From the human T2T-CHM13v2.0 reference genome, Homo sapiens, in NCBI RefSeq assembly GCF_009914755.1, contig NC_060931.1: 64,000 bases of DNA; one strand, 5' to 3'. The notes beneath the pieces are model-generated. The model made no database searches and was not told the origin of the DNA. It saw only the letters and a program-made list of their open reading frames with translations. Both the position numbers and the translations under genes were made by a program. This document shows positions 26,391-39,900 of the stretch, one piece after another. How positions within the stretch are numbered: the stretch's first letter is position 1; each line of letters opens with the position of its first letter.

Positions 26391-27100
26391 AATTTCATTA
26401 AGATGTAGCTTTGATGCAGTTTTCTTCCTGTTTCTTCTGATTGTGTTCTGTTGAGCTTTCTGATCTATGGGTTTATATTTTTCATTAGATTTGGAAAATT
26501 TTGAGTCATTATTTCTTCAAATAACTTTTCTGTTTGCTTCATTTTCTTCTCTACTTCAGGTATTTACATTACATATATATTAGGATTTTGGAAGTTGTCC
26601 CATAGCTTATTAATAAACTGTTTTTTTTTTAATTTTTAAATTTTTAAAAAAATATTTTGTGTCTTATTTTGAGTAATTTCTATTGCTGTATTAAGATCAT
26701 TTTTTTCTGCAAATGTCTAAGCTGTTGAAAATGCTTGTCCAGTTCATTTTCCATCTCTAGAGTGGCTTTTGCATCTCTCATGTCTTTCTTTAAAAAACTT
26801 GTTTTCCTCTGTATTCTTGAATATAGATTATAGTTACAACTCTTGTAAAAGTTTCTTATCCACTTATTCCATAATTGGTGTAATTTCTGAGTCAGTTTTC
26901 ATTGATCTTACTCATTATAGGTTATATTTTTCTGCTTCTTTGCATGCCTTGTACTTGTGGAATTACACATTCTAAATTTTAAGTGTCTTTTGTTGTTGTT
27001 GCTGGATAATCTTGATTAGTTCTCTTTTGGTTAATATTCTTAAGTTTTGTTCTGGGACACAATTGATTTACTTTGAAACAGTTTAATTTTTAATAGGTGG
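26391..27100 (-). mobile_element. Ancient L1M ORF1-region fragment
   Basis: GTTGAGCTTTCTGATCTATGGGTTTATATTTTTCATTAGATTTGGAAAATTTTGAGTCATTATTTCTTCAAATA, the antisense of the ORF1 FEEIM.ENFPNL motif. Confidence 0.75.
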
Positions 27101-28854
27101 AATGGGCCAGGAAGTTTAAATAAAGAGGGAGAGAAGATATTTTATCCAGATGGCATAAGCCTTAAAAGAGAAACCTATATGTAAACAAAAGTGAAGAATA
27201 ACTGTGTATTACTGGTCTTTGAGTATTACTGAAATAATGACTCCATTTTCCAAATGTAAGTATATAGGTCTTGGAAGAATACAGTAGAACCTATCTGAAC
27301 ACAATCTAGTGAAAGCAGCCACCTATAGGACCAAGTTTCATTCAAGGCAAATAAATGGAGGGAAAATTTGAAGAGACTGATATTTTTAAAGGGCCATTAA
27401 GTATGAATATAATGTAAATAAGTAAGATGAATAAACATTGAAAATGAAAAAGAATAACAACGGAAATAAAAATCAAATTACATATTCTTTAGCTTTTACA
27501 AAGTATTAAAAACGAAATTTTTCTGTTTGTATATTCATTTTATCAATTTTTAAATGATTTTAAATATTTTATAAGGTCATCTTTTGATATATTTAGGATG
27601 TAAACATGCATATTACTTATTTTTAAATTTTACCACATTATACAAGCAATTGTTCACATATACCAAATATTAATATTTAATGACTTATTTTGAAAACAGA
27701 ATCAAGCATTATACATACCATGTATACTTTGAAATCCTTGGATATTCTCAAGAGATTTTGGGCTAAGGTAGTTTAGCTAAGAAAGAAAACATTAAACGGA
27801 AAACATTGCATCTGGTGTATTATACTTGCATCAACCAGTTTCCAATGAAGCACATATATTACATATTTGGGGAGCTGTGGTAAAGTAACAAGACAATAAA
27901 TAAATGAAGCATCTGAGATGAACTCCTAAAAAGATAAAAGGACTATTAAAAAATAGTTCTGTTTTAAGTGAATGAATGATTAAATATGTCAGAATTTAAT
28001 CATTAATTAATGATTAAATTTGTCAGAAGTGCTATTAACACAGATCCTTTTAACTTTGTTTCTCAATAAAGAATTTCCCTAGGAGAATGCCCTACAAGGC
28101 CCCCGATAGCAACTTTGCCCACAGTGTTCTAATTAACTATACCAGAGGGTCTGCTTCGCTGTCTAGTTAATGCTTTCTATCTGGTCCTTTGCTGGCCATC
28201 ATGTATCATTGTTCAGCGAATGACAGCAGTCAGGTTATTAAAGGTGTAGATATTAAATTAACAACAGTGGTAAACATTGTAGCCATACTTCACATCTCAG
28301 CAGAACCAATGAAGTGGATGACACTGAATCCATGCTGATATGCTGCAATGACAGATGGGCGTCATTTAACACAATACATCAGTGGGCAACCCACGTACCA
28401 CAGCTGTCCTCCACTAAATGAATTAGATCAGGGTAATTAATCTAAGGCAGAAAGACTTACTAAAGTGAGTCCTAAGCAGAATTAGAGAAGAATGAAATCT
28501 CTTGCTAAAAAATTGAAAAGGATTTATGCGTTAACAGTTTTAGTTCTGATAACAAATGTTCTAGAAGGTATTTTGTTTCTTAAAATACATATAAATCTTC
28601 CCTTTTGTTGAGAAACAAACTCACCATCTGGGGCTAAAATAGGTGGTGCCTGTTCCTTTATTCCTGTACTAAAAATAGATGCTGCCAAGAAATGAAACTC
28701 ATCCTGGGATATTTGGATCAGTCCTTTAAGCTAAAACAAAGCTCATTATCTGTTATCAGATATGCTTGCTCCAGATACAAGTATCCCAACACTAATTGTT
28801 ACATAGATAATAATTCAGATGTCAAATTCTCATTTTAGATAGGTTTTATACAGA

Positions 28855-28904
28855 GATGGATGGATAGATAGAGAGAGGGGGATAGGTAGATAAATAGATA
28901 GATA
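28855..28904. repeat. Imperfect (GATA)n/(GGAT)n tetranucleotide repeat
   Basis: Directly visible; another (GATA)n at about 41590-41613. Confidence 0.9.
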
Positions 28905-30693
28905 ATTTTTTTCTACCTGATTTCAGACCAAAGTATCTGGGTTTACAAGGTTGGCCTTGCCATAAACAAAGCATGCATTCTTAACAATTTGGAAAATTTT
29001 TCTTAAATATCTTGTTTTAAGAATATACTCATGGAATATTTTAAAAATATATTTAGTAATTTGTCATTCCTTTTGCTCATTTTCATAATTAACATGTAAG
29101 ACCAAGATACTTATAATACAAACTATTTGTTTCTAAAATGGCTATTTTAAGTCTTTTTATGATCTTAAAGTACTGATTTATGGTGTATATCTTTAAAAAA
29201 GGAAATGCTCTGGATGTTATATTTAAAAATTGCCAATAAATCAAAGCCATGATTTGAACAAGTCAGAAACTATATTTAAAATAATCAAGGAAATAAATGT
29301 TTCTAACGTTTAGCATTAAAACAGTATGTGCCTAATTGTACTTATCTTTTTTAATGTTAAAAATCACAAAGCTGAGACATAATTTTCTAATTCATGAATA
29401 TCTTATGAATGTAATTTCTAATGTTTCACTATACAAAGTTCTGATACCTTTCTATGAAACATATTTATTACGATGGTAGCAACTGATCAAACAGCATGTC
29501 ATCTGCTCAATTGTTACAGTTCCCCTCTAGTTTTTGCTTTCTTTATATCCTCCTTTCCAGGGGCTCTTTTCTTCTGCCTATCATGCCCAGATGGAAAAAC
29601 CTGCTGCTAATTACTGCCATTGAAATTTTTAACACAGCAGGAGATATCCAAACACCAATCGTTCTTTTTTAAAAGAATTTGCTAGCTTCTTGTTAAGTTA
29701 GCAACTCTTAGTTGGAGGTCTATACCAGTCACATCAAAAGTATTGTATGTTTATTGTAGAAGCATAGCAAGTTGCAGCTGGCAGAAGCTACCACATGCAT
29801 GGTATTTGATTTTTAAACTTCATTATCTTGATCGTCTGTGATTAGAGTAAATTGTGGACTAACTGCTGGTCACATTTAAGTATTAAAATTGAAAACATAA
29901 AAGAACAGAAAAACATAAACACACCTCAATATGCAAGGATATTCACCTCTCTACTTAGATTCCTAAAATTAAAAAAAGTCTAAGTATGTCAAATTGCATA
30001 ACTATTATAATCAAATTTCTATCTATTTTAAATAAACAATTAAATTAAAAAGAACTAAGATATTTAATTTACCTCCATTGAATGAGAATTGTTAGCTGTA
30101 AATTCAGCTTGCAGTGGCCTCTCTATCTTAACCAAATAATACATCTGTATTATTTCCAGAATATCAATAAAGCTAAAATCACCGAGTTTATTTCTTTTCT
30201 ACTGTGGACAACTGGGCCACGATATTATGAGTTCTTAATTTTGAATGGCCACTGAGCAGGAATAATTCAAAGACAAATTTCAGCTGTTGCTAGAGATAGT
30301 TTCATTATTTTCAGAAGCTCTTTATCCATAACATTCTCTAGTGTCTTCATATAGTTTAAGTTTTACCCTCTGATTTATGAGCAACAATAAAATACTGCTA
30401 TAAACTAATTTTATTGCTATAACCTGTGATATGACAATATGGAGCGACAGCAGTATCATCCTGTCCTTCACATACAAAGCTGACATTACTGAGTCACCAA
30501 TATTATGGTGTATTTTTAAGTCACATTCACATATTCATATCCTGACCTTTTTGTTTAAGAGCTTGTCTACTTTTTACTTTGAGAAAATTATTTTAATTAT
30601 CTGAATATGTGCTTTTTCTTTAAAATTGGAAGAATAACCTTGCATTGTTTTGAGGTTCAAATGAAAGGAAGAAAACATATTTCTATAGTTTAA

Positions 30694-31030
<337 letters not shown>

Positions 31031-31519
31031 GCTTTAATTGTTTGTAACAGAAGACACACAAATATTTTCTACTGCTCAAAGTACGAGGAGTGGTGCAACA
31101 TATTTATTAATTAGTTTTGGCATGATAAAACACACACGGATTTACCAGAAGACAAGGATTTCTTTGAGCAAACCTGCTTTCCTTGGTGACCAAAATTGTA
31201 GACTTCTTCAAAGATGGTCTTGCCAACTGAATAAATCAAACTTGTCCCTATACTAACTAAAACCAAAATTAAATCCTTTTGAAAGTGATTGTTATATATC
31301 ATGGCACAATTTCAAGGACCATTGATTGGATTTCAGATTGAAATGATTTAGACACGTTTTTTCTTTATGGATAACAGCCATTAAAATGGTACTTAAGCAT
31401 AAAAGTTGAAGAATGGAATCTCATTATGATGATTTTCAATATGAAATAATTCATGATTTAGCAGGTAAATCTTGAACTTCGAATTATTAAAATATAAAAA
31501 GGACTATTTGGGGGCTTTA

Positions 31520-31718
31520 ATTATTTTTTAATTGACAAATAGCATGTATTTATCCTGCATACAACAGATGTTTTGAAATACATATACACATTATGGAATG
31601 ACTAAATTTAGCTAATTAACAAATGCATGATCTCATAGAGTTATCATTTTTGTGGTGAGAACACTTAACATCCACTCTGTTAGAATTTTTCAAGGAAACA
31701 ACACAATGTAATTACTGG
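31520..31718 (-). mobile_element. L1MA (about L1MA4/5) extreme 3' end
   Basis: TTTTAATTGACAAATA, TGTTTTGAAATACATATACACATTATGGAATGACTAAAT, TTATCATTTTTGTGGTGAGAACACTTAACATCCACTCT. Confidence 0.85.
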
Positions 31719-31824
31719 TCCCTCCTTCAGTTCAGTAGGAACTTACTAAACAAGAATGAGGTGCTAGTTGCAGGTATTTGATGTTTGCACGTACTCGAAA
31801 TTATCACTTTTTGAGGCCACAGGT

Positions 31825-32075
31825 GATACAGATATTGTAAAGAGGTAAACAAACTTAGAGGTGTTATTTAGAGGTAAACAAACTTAGACTTGCATACTGC
31901 CCATATGATCGTGGGCAAGATACTTAGGTGTATTTGGTCTAGTTTCCTCATGCAGGAAATGGAAGTGATACCAAAGTTGCAAGACCACTGTCAAGATTAA
32001 ATGGCAACATAATCAATGTAACACAGGCAGCAGGATGCCTGACACATAACAGAGGCTCAATAGTTGTTATTATTA
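31825..32075 (+). mobile_element. MIR SINE
   Basis: TGATCGTGGGCAAGATACTTA, CTAGTTTCCTCATGCAGGAAATGG, GTCAAGATTAAATG, TGCCTGACACATAACAGAGGCTCAATA. Confidence 0.75.
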
Positions 32076-32286
32076 CCTTTAAACACAAAACCAAAACAAG
32101 GGTAAAGTTACTAAGGAGGAAAAGCTTTTGGATTTCTTTGTGCCTACGTTATCAATGATTCACTTCATAATTCACATACCTACACTTCAAAAAGGCAGAG
32201 AGAACCAGTCTCTGGGAACTGTCTTATTATACAATGTGGGGAGAGATTCTTTGTAGGAAGTCACTGAAGCTTCTAGACTAAATGAA

Positions 32287-33967
32287 TGATGTCATCATTA
32301 ACTAAGATAAGGAATTGTAACTAAGGACTAATCTGCTTAGGCTGAGCAAACTTAACATGCCTTGCTTGCTTTTAGTCCCTGGCTTCTAGTTAATCTTAAA
32401 ACCCACATCAGCTAAGTCACATAGCTAACCCTTATGTTTTGTTGACTTTATAGAGTCAATAAAAAGCCCCTTGAAAAGACTGGCCTCGTAACTACCATGG
32501 TTCTCTGACAAGGTTTCTGTCCTTGGTGTAAGCAAAAAAATGTCACTTTCTGACAGGCCCAGGAACCTAAAGATGTTTTAGGGCCACGAGAAGAAAGAAA
32601 CACCAATTTATATAGGAATTACAGGCACAGTCTATTAGCAAATCTTTGGCTTGGTTAGCCCTAAGCCTTTTACATGTCTAGTTAGAGGTTCCTTCTGAAA
32701 AGGTTCCAACAAAGCTAATTTTAAGAGAGTCTGTATGGCCAATCATTATCCTTATTGCACTTCATGCAAATAATCAGTTCAAGTCTAATAAGACTAAAAC
32801 TTATTTTACAAGTAAATTGGTCCTACTATGATATGTCTTTGACAGGTATGGGAGTCTGGAGAGAGAAAAATTATGTTTTAGAAGAAAACTATAGTACACC
32901 TGTTATTAGAGTCTAGCCTTGTGACTTCTTTTGAGTTTTTATTATTTGCCTACAACTTGGACTGAATCCTAAACTTTTTCCTGAATACAAATCTCCAAAC
33001 TAATGTTTCTCAATTTTTCTTCGATTTTCTGACTTGCATTCAATAAATTGATACTATCTTGTTCCTGAGGTGCTGCAAGCTGAAGCTCATATGCAAAAGA
33101 TTAGATGCAAAAGATTATTAGATTGCCAGTGACTACTTTAACTAAAAATGTTTAGAATCTAACATCTAGACACCTCAAGTAACTGCCCTTCAGACTCTAA
33201 AGAAACTGGTTTAAAATCAACTTCATACTCACCGGACAGGAGTCTATGAGATGCTGCTGGTGACTCATTCCTCATTCAAAGTGAAAAGAGTAAAACTATG
33301 GATCTACCATTCTTGGACAAAGTGGGCTCCTCAAGAGTTGTCTGACTTTATGACTCTACAACAAGAAATGGGGACCACAGCATAGAAGAACATCACAATC
33401 CTGGTCATTGTCTTACTCGCTTTTACTTACTTCCTTCTAGTTGACCTTGGAGTCCATATAGTTAGAAGTTACATAGCTAAGCCTAGAGGTAACATTTCTG
33501 ACTTATGGGTCACCATAGTAATAATTGCTTCAGTTATTTTTCAAGAACTTCAGAGTCAGTTTTTGTTCAAGCCTGCTGAGCCCACTAATTCTTCAACTGG
33601 GCCTATATAAATGTCCAGTGGTGGACTGTTAATGTCAGAAGGCGAAAAATTTCACTGTCAGATCATGCAAATAATGCCAGTTTGTGAACATGCATCCTAC
33701 GAAGAACCTTAAAACTTGACTCTGTTTGCATAGAACACCAATTGCCTCACTTTTCCTTATCCCCAAAACCTTTCCTTACGCCTCAGAAAACCTTACTCTT
33801 CTGTATTATAAATATCACTAGAACCCCATCTTTGAGGAGGCAGGTTTGAGACCTGTTCTCCTGCCTCCTTGTTTGACTGCCACATGAATAAACTCTTTAT
33901 TGCAAAACTTGTCATCTCAGTGATTGGCATACAACATGTTGGGCAGAATGGGTCCAGTTCGGTATCA
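32287..33967 (+). mobile_element. Deleted ERV1 (MER4-group) provirus: partial MER90-like LTR (about 32287-32430), internal remnant (about 32490-33400), second LTR (about 33410-33967)
   Basis: Internal motifs AATGTCACTTTCTGACAGGCCCAGGAACCT, ATGCAAATAATCAG, GAAGAAAACTATAGTACACCTGTTATTAGA; LTR with TATAAATA, AATAAA and terminal GGTCCAGTTCGGTATCA. Confidence 0.75.
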
Positions 33968-33989
33968 GAATGTCAGAAAAAAAAAATCT

Positions 33990-34610
33990 TGTTTGGAGGG
34001 GTACAGAGGAGCCCAGTTTTAGTAATGCAAAATATAGGACATTTAGATAGAAATATTCAACAGTCATTTGTGAATGAAGCTAGGGGATATTAGAATATGT
34101 GGAAGCTTATGGCTTAGAAATAGATAAAATCATTCAGAAAAGTAACCTATAGAACAAAGAGAAATAAAGACCAAATCAGAAATTTGGAGTATTTGATTAT
34201 AAAAGGTGAAAATAATGTGTGTGTGTGTGTGTGTGTGTTTTGATGAGAAGGATGACTAAAACATAATCATGAAGAGGAAGAGGAACTGGTCTCCTGGGAC
34301 TGAGGAAGTAAGCAGAATTGATAAGACAAGTATAACATTTAAGTTAGAGAAGAAAATCTCAGAATTTCTACCTAGGGTATTAAGAGACAACCGCATCTAA
34401 GAAGCTGAGGAATTGTTATTGAGATTAAGGGACTAAAAAGGGAAAAGAAACGGAGCAGGAGATTACACTAACCAGGTTACACACTGAAGGCTCTCCACTG
34501 GGAGACAGGGTGAAGTGAGTTGGGGTTGAATGTAATAGATTTAATTCATTGAAGGAAATAAGACAATGTGCTGTATCTTTTCTAACAATTTTAATGGGAA
34601 AATGGAAGTT
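33990..34610 (-). mobile_element. L2 fragment containing (TG)n at 34217-34238
   Basis: Degenerate purine-rich L2 body; microsatellite directly visible. Confidence 0.5.
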
Positions 34611-35384
34611 ATAAAAACAAAAAGATGTGATCTATCAAAACTGAGGTATGTGTCACTCCCATGATTTGTCACTCAATTTGGTCCTGAATGAAAAGAGAAT
34701 CACTTAACTTGTTGGTTTATGACATACCCACGAGATTTGTGAAGGAAAATTTGATTTTTAAGGTATAAATCATTTTAAATCTGTCAGAATATAATCTTTA
34801 ATTACTACTAAAATCTTCACTTTAATCACACTAAATTATCATCCCTGCAATTTTGATAAAAGAAAAAATTATAAATATAACAAATTATTATTAAACTAAT
34901 GTATGAGAGAATTAAAAGCACCATTTAGTTAAGTACTTTAATTACTTGGGTTTTGCAACATAATCATTTTTGCTTATGTGTTTACTTGGTCTTGTTGAGA
35001 AGGAGGAATAGGATTATGAAAGGCAGATGTTTGGTTAAGGCAGAATTGATGACTTAGTGTCCATCCTCTCCTTCTGCACACATCGCATCTCTCACAACAA
35101 TGCATTTCTGAATCAACAACAATTTTCTGGTGATAATTGACTGAAAGGAATGAGCTATTGGTTCTGAAATCAGTGGCACATGGATTTACCTCTAGTCCTG
35201 AAAATATTATTTATTCTTATGTACAATGTATTACCCTTCCTTTATCCAAATTTTAATAATCATTCTTTATGTAGTTATGATTCACATTTAAATTTCACCT
35301 TTACAGGAACTGTGTACTGTGCTCCTAGGTACGAAAATGTAAGGTTTTAGGAATGCTTACCAAATTGAAATAAAATTTCTAATA

Positions 35385-35808
35385 TTGATAGTCTCCAACT
35401 TACCAAGTTTTGACTTAAAATTTTTTGACTTTATGATGGTGTGAAAGTGATATGCATTCAGTAAAAACGGTATTTCAAATTTTGAATTTTGATCATTTTC
35501 AAGGCTAGCAATAAGCAGTTTCATACTCTCTCGTGATGCTGAGCAGTGCCAGTGAAAGGCAGCTCCCAGTCAGCCACACAATCAAGAAGGTAAACAGCCA
35601 ATACTCTACAATAAAGGGTACTGTATTGCCAGATGATTTTGCCAAATGGTAGGCTAATGTAAGTGTTTGAGCATGTTTAAGGTGGGCTAGGTTAAGCTAT
35701 GATGTTCCTGTGGTGTTATGTGTATTAAATGAATTTTTGACTTAAAATATTTTCAATTTACAATAGGTTTATTGGGATGTAATCTCACTGTAAGATAAGG
35801 AGCATCTC
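35385..35808 (-). mobile_element. MER47B-like (Tigger5-derived) DNA transposon
   Basis: TTTGACTTTATGATGGTGTGAAAGTGATATGCATTCAGTA, GTAGGCTAATGTAAGTGTTTGAGCATGTTTAAGGT, terminal GGAGCATCT; TA on both flanks (35383-84, 35809-10). Confidence 0.9.
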
Positions 35809-36175
35809 TATATATACTGGAAAAAGTCCTCAGGATATGTTTTTAGGTTTCTAGAAATGAATATTCTTATTGAAGAATAAAATAACTGTAATTTGGGGAT
35901 GCATTTACTTGAATGGTATGTTTTACAATCTACTGTTTGTATGTGTATTACCATTTTAGTTCAGAAGCAGGTCAGTGATAAGTTAAAACAACTTTCTCTT
36001 TTCAAACTTGCCCTTTTTAAGAATATGAAATAAAGAAAATAGAAAAATCATTTGAGTTTAATGGCTAAGAGGAGGCAGACTTTCATGTTCCTTGAATATA
36101 TACAAGGATTCTTTAATATCAGTTAATGTAAGAAAGGCCTACATAATGCAAAGTAAAAGACAATCTTTATAATAA

Positions 36176-36270
36176 ATGTACATATATACATATGTAAGTG
36201 TATACATAGACACATGTATATACACATACGTGCATATATATGTATGCCTGTGTGTATATGTGTGTGTATT
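36176..36270. repeat. Alternating purine-pyrimidine simple repeat (CATATA/TG)
   Basis: Directly visible. Confidence 0.85.
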
Positions 36271-38509
36271 CCTTGTAGAAGCAAGAAGATATCTAAAGGA
36301 GTGTGTATTTTCTTACATTATGAAAGTAGCTGATGCGATGATCCAACTTGCTCCGCCTTTCTCTGACGAGAACACAGACTATGAGAGATCAGGATAAGCT
36401 TCCTAAATAAATATATGTAGCTCATCAATGAAAGTGCTGTAGTGCATGCTCAATCTACGCAACAGTTTCTGGCATCACCAGTCTTGCACAGTAATGGAGG
36501 GTAAGCCTAGAGAAGTAGGCGTAAGGTTGACTTCTCAACAAAGCTTATGGAAACTTGTGCAATATTATAGCTGTGAGAGCTATAGCAGTTGTTACTAGAT
36601 TTCAGCAAAACTAATGTTTAACATTTAGAACATTTCAATCACCATTATTCACTGATTCAATGAATGTGTTTTTAACTCTAGCTAAACTAGTAGATATTAA
36701 TAAGTATATGTCTATTATGTGATATAAACGCTTGGATGTCCAAAAGGCCTTAATTTACATCTCATCCTAATTGATTGCCAGCTCTGTTATCTTACCACGT
36801 AATTTTGCCGTGTTTTCCCTAAGTTCTCTGATTGTCAAATGTGTTTGGTTTATGTAATGCTACTAACATAAATCCTAGCACATAGTAGGCTCTCTATAAA
36901 AGTTAACTGGTATGTGTCTCTACCCTTTCCTTAAGTGACAGTAAAGATGCGAATTACCCTTCTTTAATCCTAAAAATTGCAGTTTCAAATAGAAATTGAG
37001 CTTAGAATATTATTGATGATGATAATGGTATCTATGGTTATTAGAAATGTGGAGCATATAAACCTTAAAGAATGTATAGGCAATTCCAATTTTCTATTTT
37101 TAACTATTATACTAAAAATTAGTCCCACTAGAAACCACTCTGTTAACCTCTGACCTATCTCATTCTGATTATTCTTTTGATTGGACCTCTTCATAATAGG
37201 TATAATCTGATTCCTTATTGCTGTTTTACGGCAAATGACTTAGATAAACCTTACTAAAACTTTTTTGGTCAAAGGGTATTATGCCTCCATTCAGATATAA
37301 TGGCAGAGAATGTGTCTTCTAGGTCTTTTGCAGCTCTAACTAGGAAAATCCTGTAGAAGTATTTAAATATGTCTGACATACCCTTTTATAAGCATCTCTT
37401 AATGGAAAACTTAGTTCTGACAGCTTTGTTATTGAATACTTGTTGGTGAAAATTAAATAAGAATGTATTGGGTACCTTGCGCATGCTTGAAAATCTGCTA
37501 AATTCTTAAACTTGAGTGTCTCTCAGTCTACAATTATTTTATTTTTAATTTCCAAAATGTTAACTTATTTACTACCTTAGCATAATTAAGGTAGAGAAGC
37601 AATGCTTACAGAGTGTATACTGTGCCTAAAGATTTTCACTCCCTGAAAGAGAACATTGATAGAAAATTAGTGCACCTGGGGAATCGCACACACACAAAGA
37701 TCTATAATGTAAGTATTTAATTCTTTTCTTCTAAGGTATCCTAAAAGCACTATATTTTTACAGAGAGATTAACTTGTTTGAAGACAGGAGCTATTAATCT
37801 TCCCCATAACAGGCTGCTGAATCATTCTCATTCATTCTGTCAATGTCATTTTACAACTAAGTTTCAGACAATTTTTGCAAGAATAAAACGTATAAGCATT
37901 TGAAAATGCTGATATTCTCAGCTGAGTGTTCCTAATTATGTCTTTAGTTTATATCTGCTTAAGGTTTTTATGTTGAAATAATCCCCTCTTCAGTTTCTTC
38001 CTTTTTCGGTATATCATACTTGGCTGGTGCTAGAATGATGACATTCTTTGGCTGTTGTCTCTACTTACCCTCTATAATGGGATGTTTCAATGGGATATGT
38101 TGAAATTAGTGATGAAAAAGATGGACAAAATTATCTCTCTTTAATCACTGTTTTAAATTACAAGCAGTTGCTTTAAGAGATAAAAAATTCCTTTGAAACA
38201 CAAAGCAAAGATTCCTTTTGAATAAGCAAAGGGATACCATTATTTTACCAAGCTCCATAGACAAGATGTTTCCTCATAAATATTCTTCATAATGGTTCCC
38301 AAATGTATTTCTCATTTCTATCTTTTTGGCTGTGCAGAATTTTCTATATTTTATGATTTTTAATGAACAAAGTCATTTTTCCATTTGGAATGTTAAATTC
38401 ATAATTTCACAAATTGAGGAATAATTAATCACATTGAAAATAAAATGAGAATCCACTATGGGCTTGTACTAAATTGTAGGTTGTTGTGACAACTTTACTT
38501 GTTTAAATA

Positions 38510-39900
38510 AATTTTTATTTTAAAATAGATTTACAGCTAAATGAAGATAATAAAGAGAATTCTAATATATCCATCACCCAAATTTTTCTATTATTAACAT
38601 CTTACATTTCTATATTAGATTTATCACAAATAATGAACCACTTTGAGATATTGTTATTAGCTAAAGTATAGACTTTATTCATTTGTCTCTAGTTTTGACC
38701 TAATATCCTTTATCTGTTCCAGAATCCCGTTCAGGTTCTCATGTCACATTGAGTTGTCATGTCTCCTTAGGCTCTTCTAGACAGCAGCTTTTTCTTGGAC
38801 TTCCTTTGTTTTGATGACTTAGACGGTGCTGAGGAAAACTGATTAGATACTCCATAGGATGTCCTTCAACTGAGATTATTCTGATGTTTTTCTCATGGGT
38901 AAATAGGACTTATTAGTGTTTGGGAAAAAAATCTGTGGGGGTACACTCCCATTACTCTCAAAATGACTTATCCCTGTTGATGTGAATCTTAATCACCTGG
39001 CTGGGTAGTGTTTGTCAAGTTTTTCCACTGGAAAATTACTCTTTTACTTTTTCTCCATACCACAATGTTTGGAACAAGATCAGTATGTTCAGCAGACATT
39101 TATGGAGTGGGGAATTATGCTCTACTTCCTTGAGGGTGTAGTATCTACAAAAATTATTTATTTGTTTTTGTTCAGAAATTTGTCTATTCTTTCACAATTT
39201 ATTTGTTTCCTCAAGCATTTATTTACATCAGTATAGACTTGTGAATATTTATTTTATAGTTTAGGTTATAAACCAATACCACTTATTATTATTATTATTT
39301 GCTAAAATTATTCCAACTTTTAACCATCGGGAGTTCTTTCAGTTGACTCCCATGTCTCTGACATATCCCAATCTTTGTGTTTTTCCTGAGTATTTCCTCA
39401 CTTTATAATAATATGAAATGCTTCAGACTCTTATATATTCTCTGTTCTAATCTTATAATCAGCCATTTCTTCAAGGAGACCTTATTTTTGTTATTTGAGA
39501 ATGGTATTAGAAATCAACTTCAGGGTGCTAGATGTGCCTATTGCTATTGGGGTGTCATTGCTTCTAGGCCTCTGACAGAGAAAGAACATACATGAGTGTA
39601 TTTAACTAGTGTATATATCCATAGCTACAAATATTATATATATGTGTATACACACATATATACTGTATCTGCAAGTACATATATATATACACAGTATATA
39701 TACTGTATATATACTGTATCTCCAACAGTATTCCATTACCATATACGTCATCCTGGCTTTCACTCCTTGCTTGCTTGTAACCTCCCATTCCAATAATGCA
39801 TAACTTGACTTCCCCCACTCCTTGTTCAAATTCAGTATACATGTATATTTCTTTTGGAATTTTTAACCATAACTCAACGGACAATGACTTCATAAATTAT
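38510..39900 (-). mobile_element. L1MC (about L1MC2-4) 3' UTR with internal TA-rich simple repeat at 39600-39720
   Basis: CTATTATTAACATCTTACAT, TCTGTTCCAGAATCCC, TTGTCATGTCTCCTTAG, TGATGTGAATCTTAATCACCTGGCTG, ATCAGCCATTTCTTCAAGGAG, GAGAATGGTATTAGAAA. Confidence 0.88.

Noticed and set aside
39596-39893. Cluster of Tyr/Ile-rich ORFs, also 36176-36397 and 13555-13743
   Set aside because: Produced by TA/TG/ATT simple repeats
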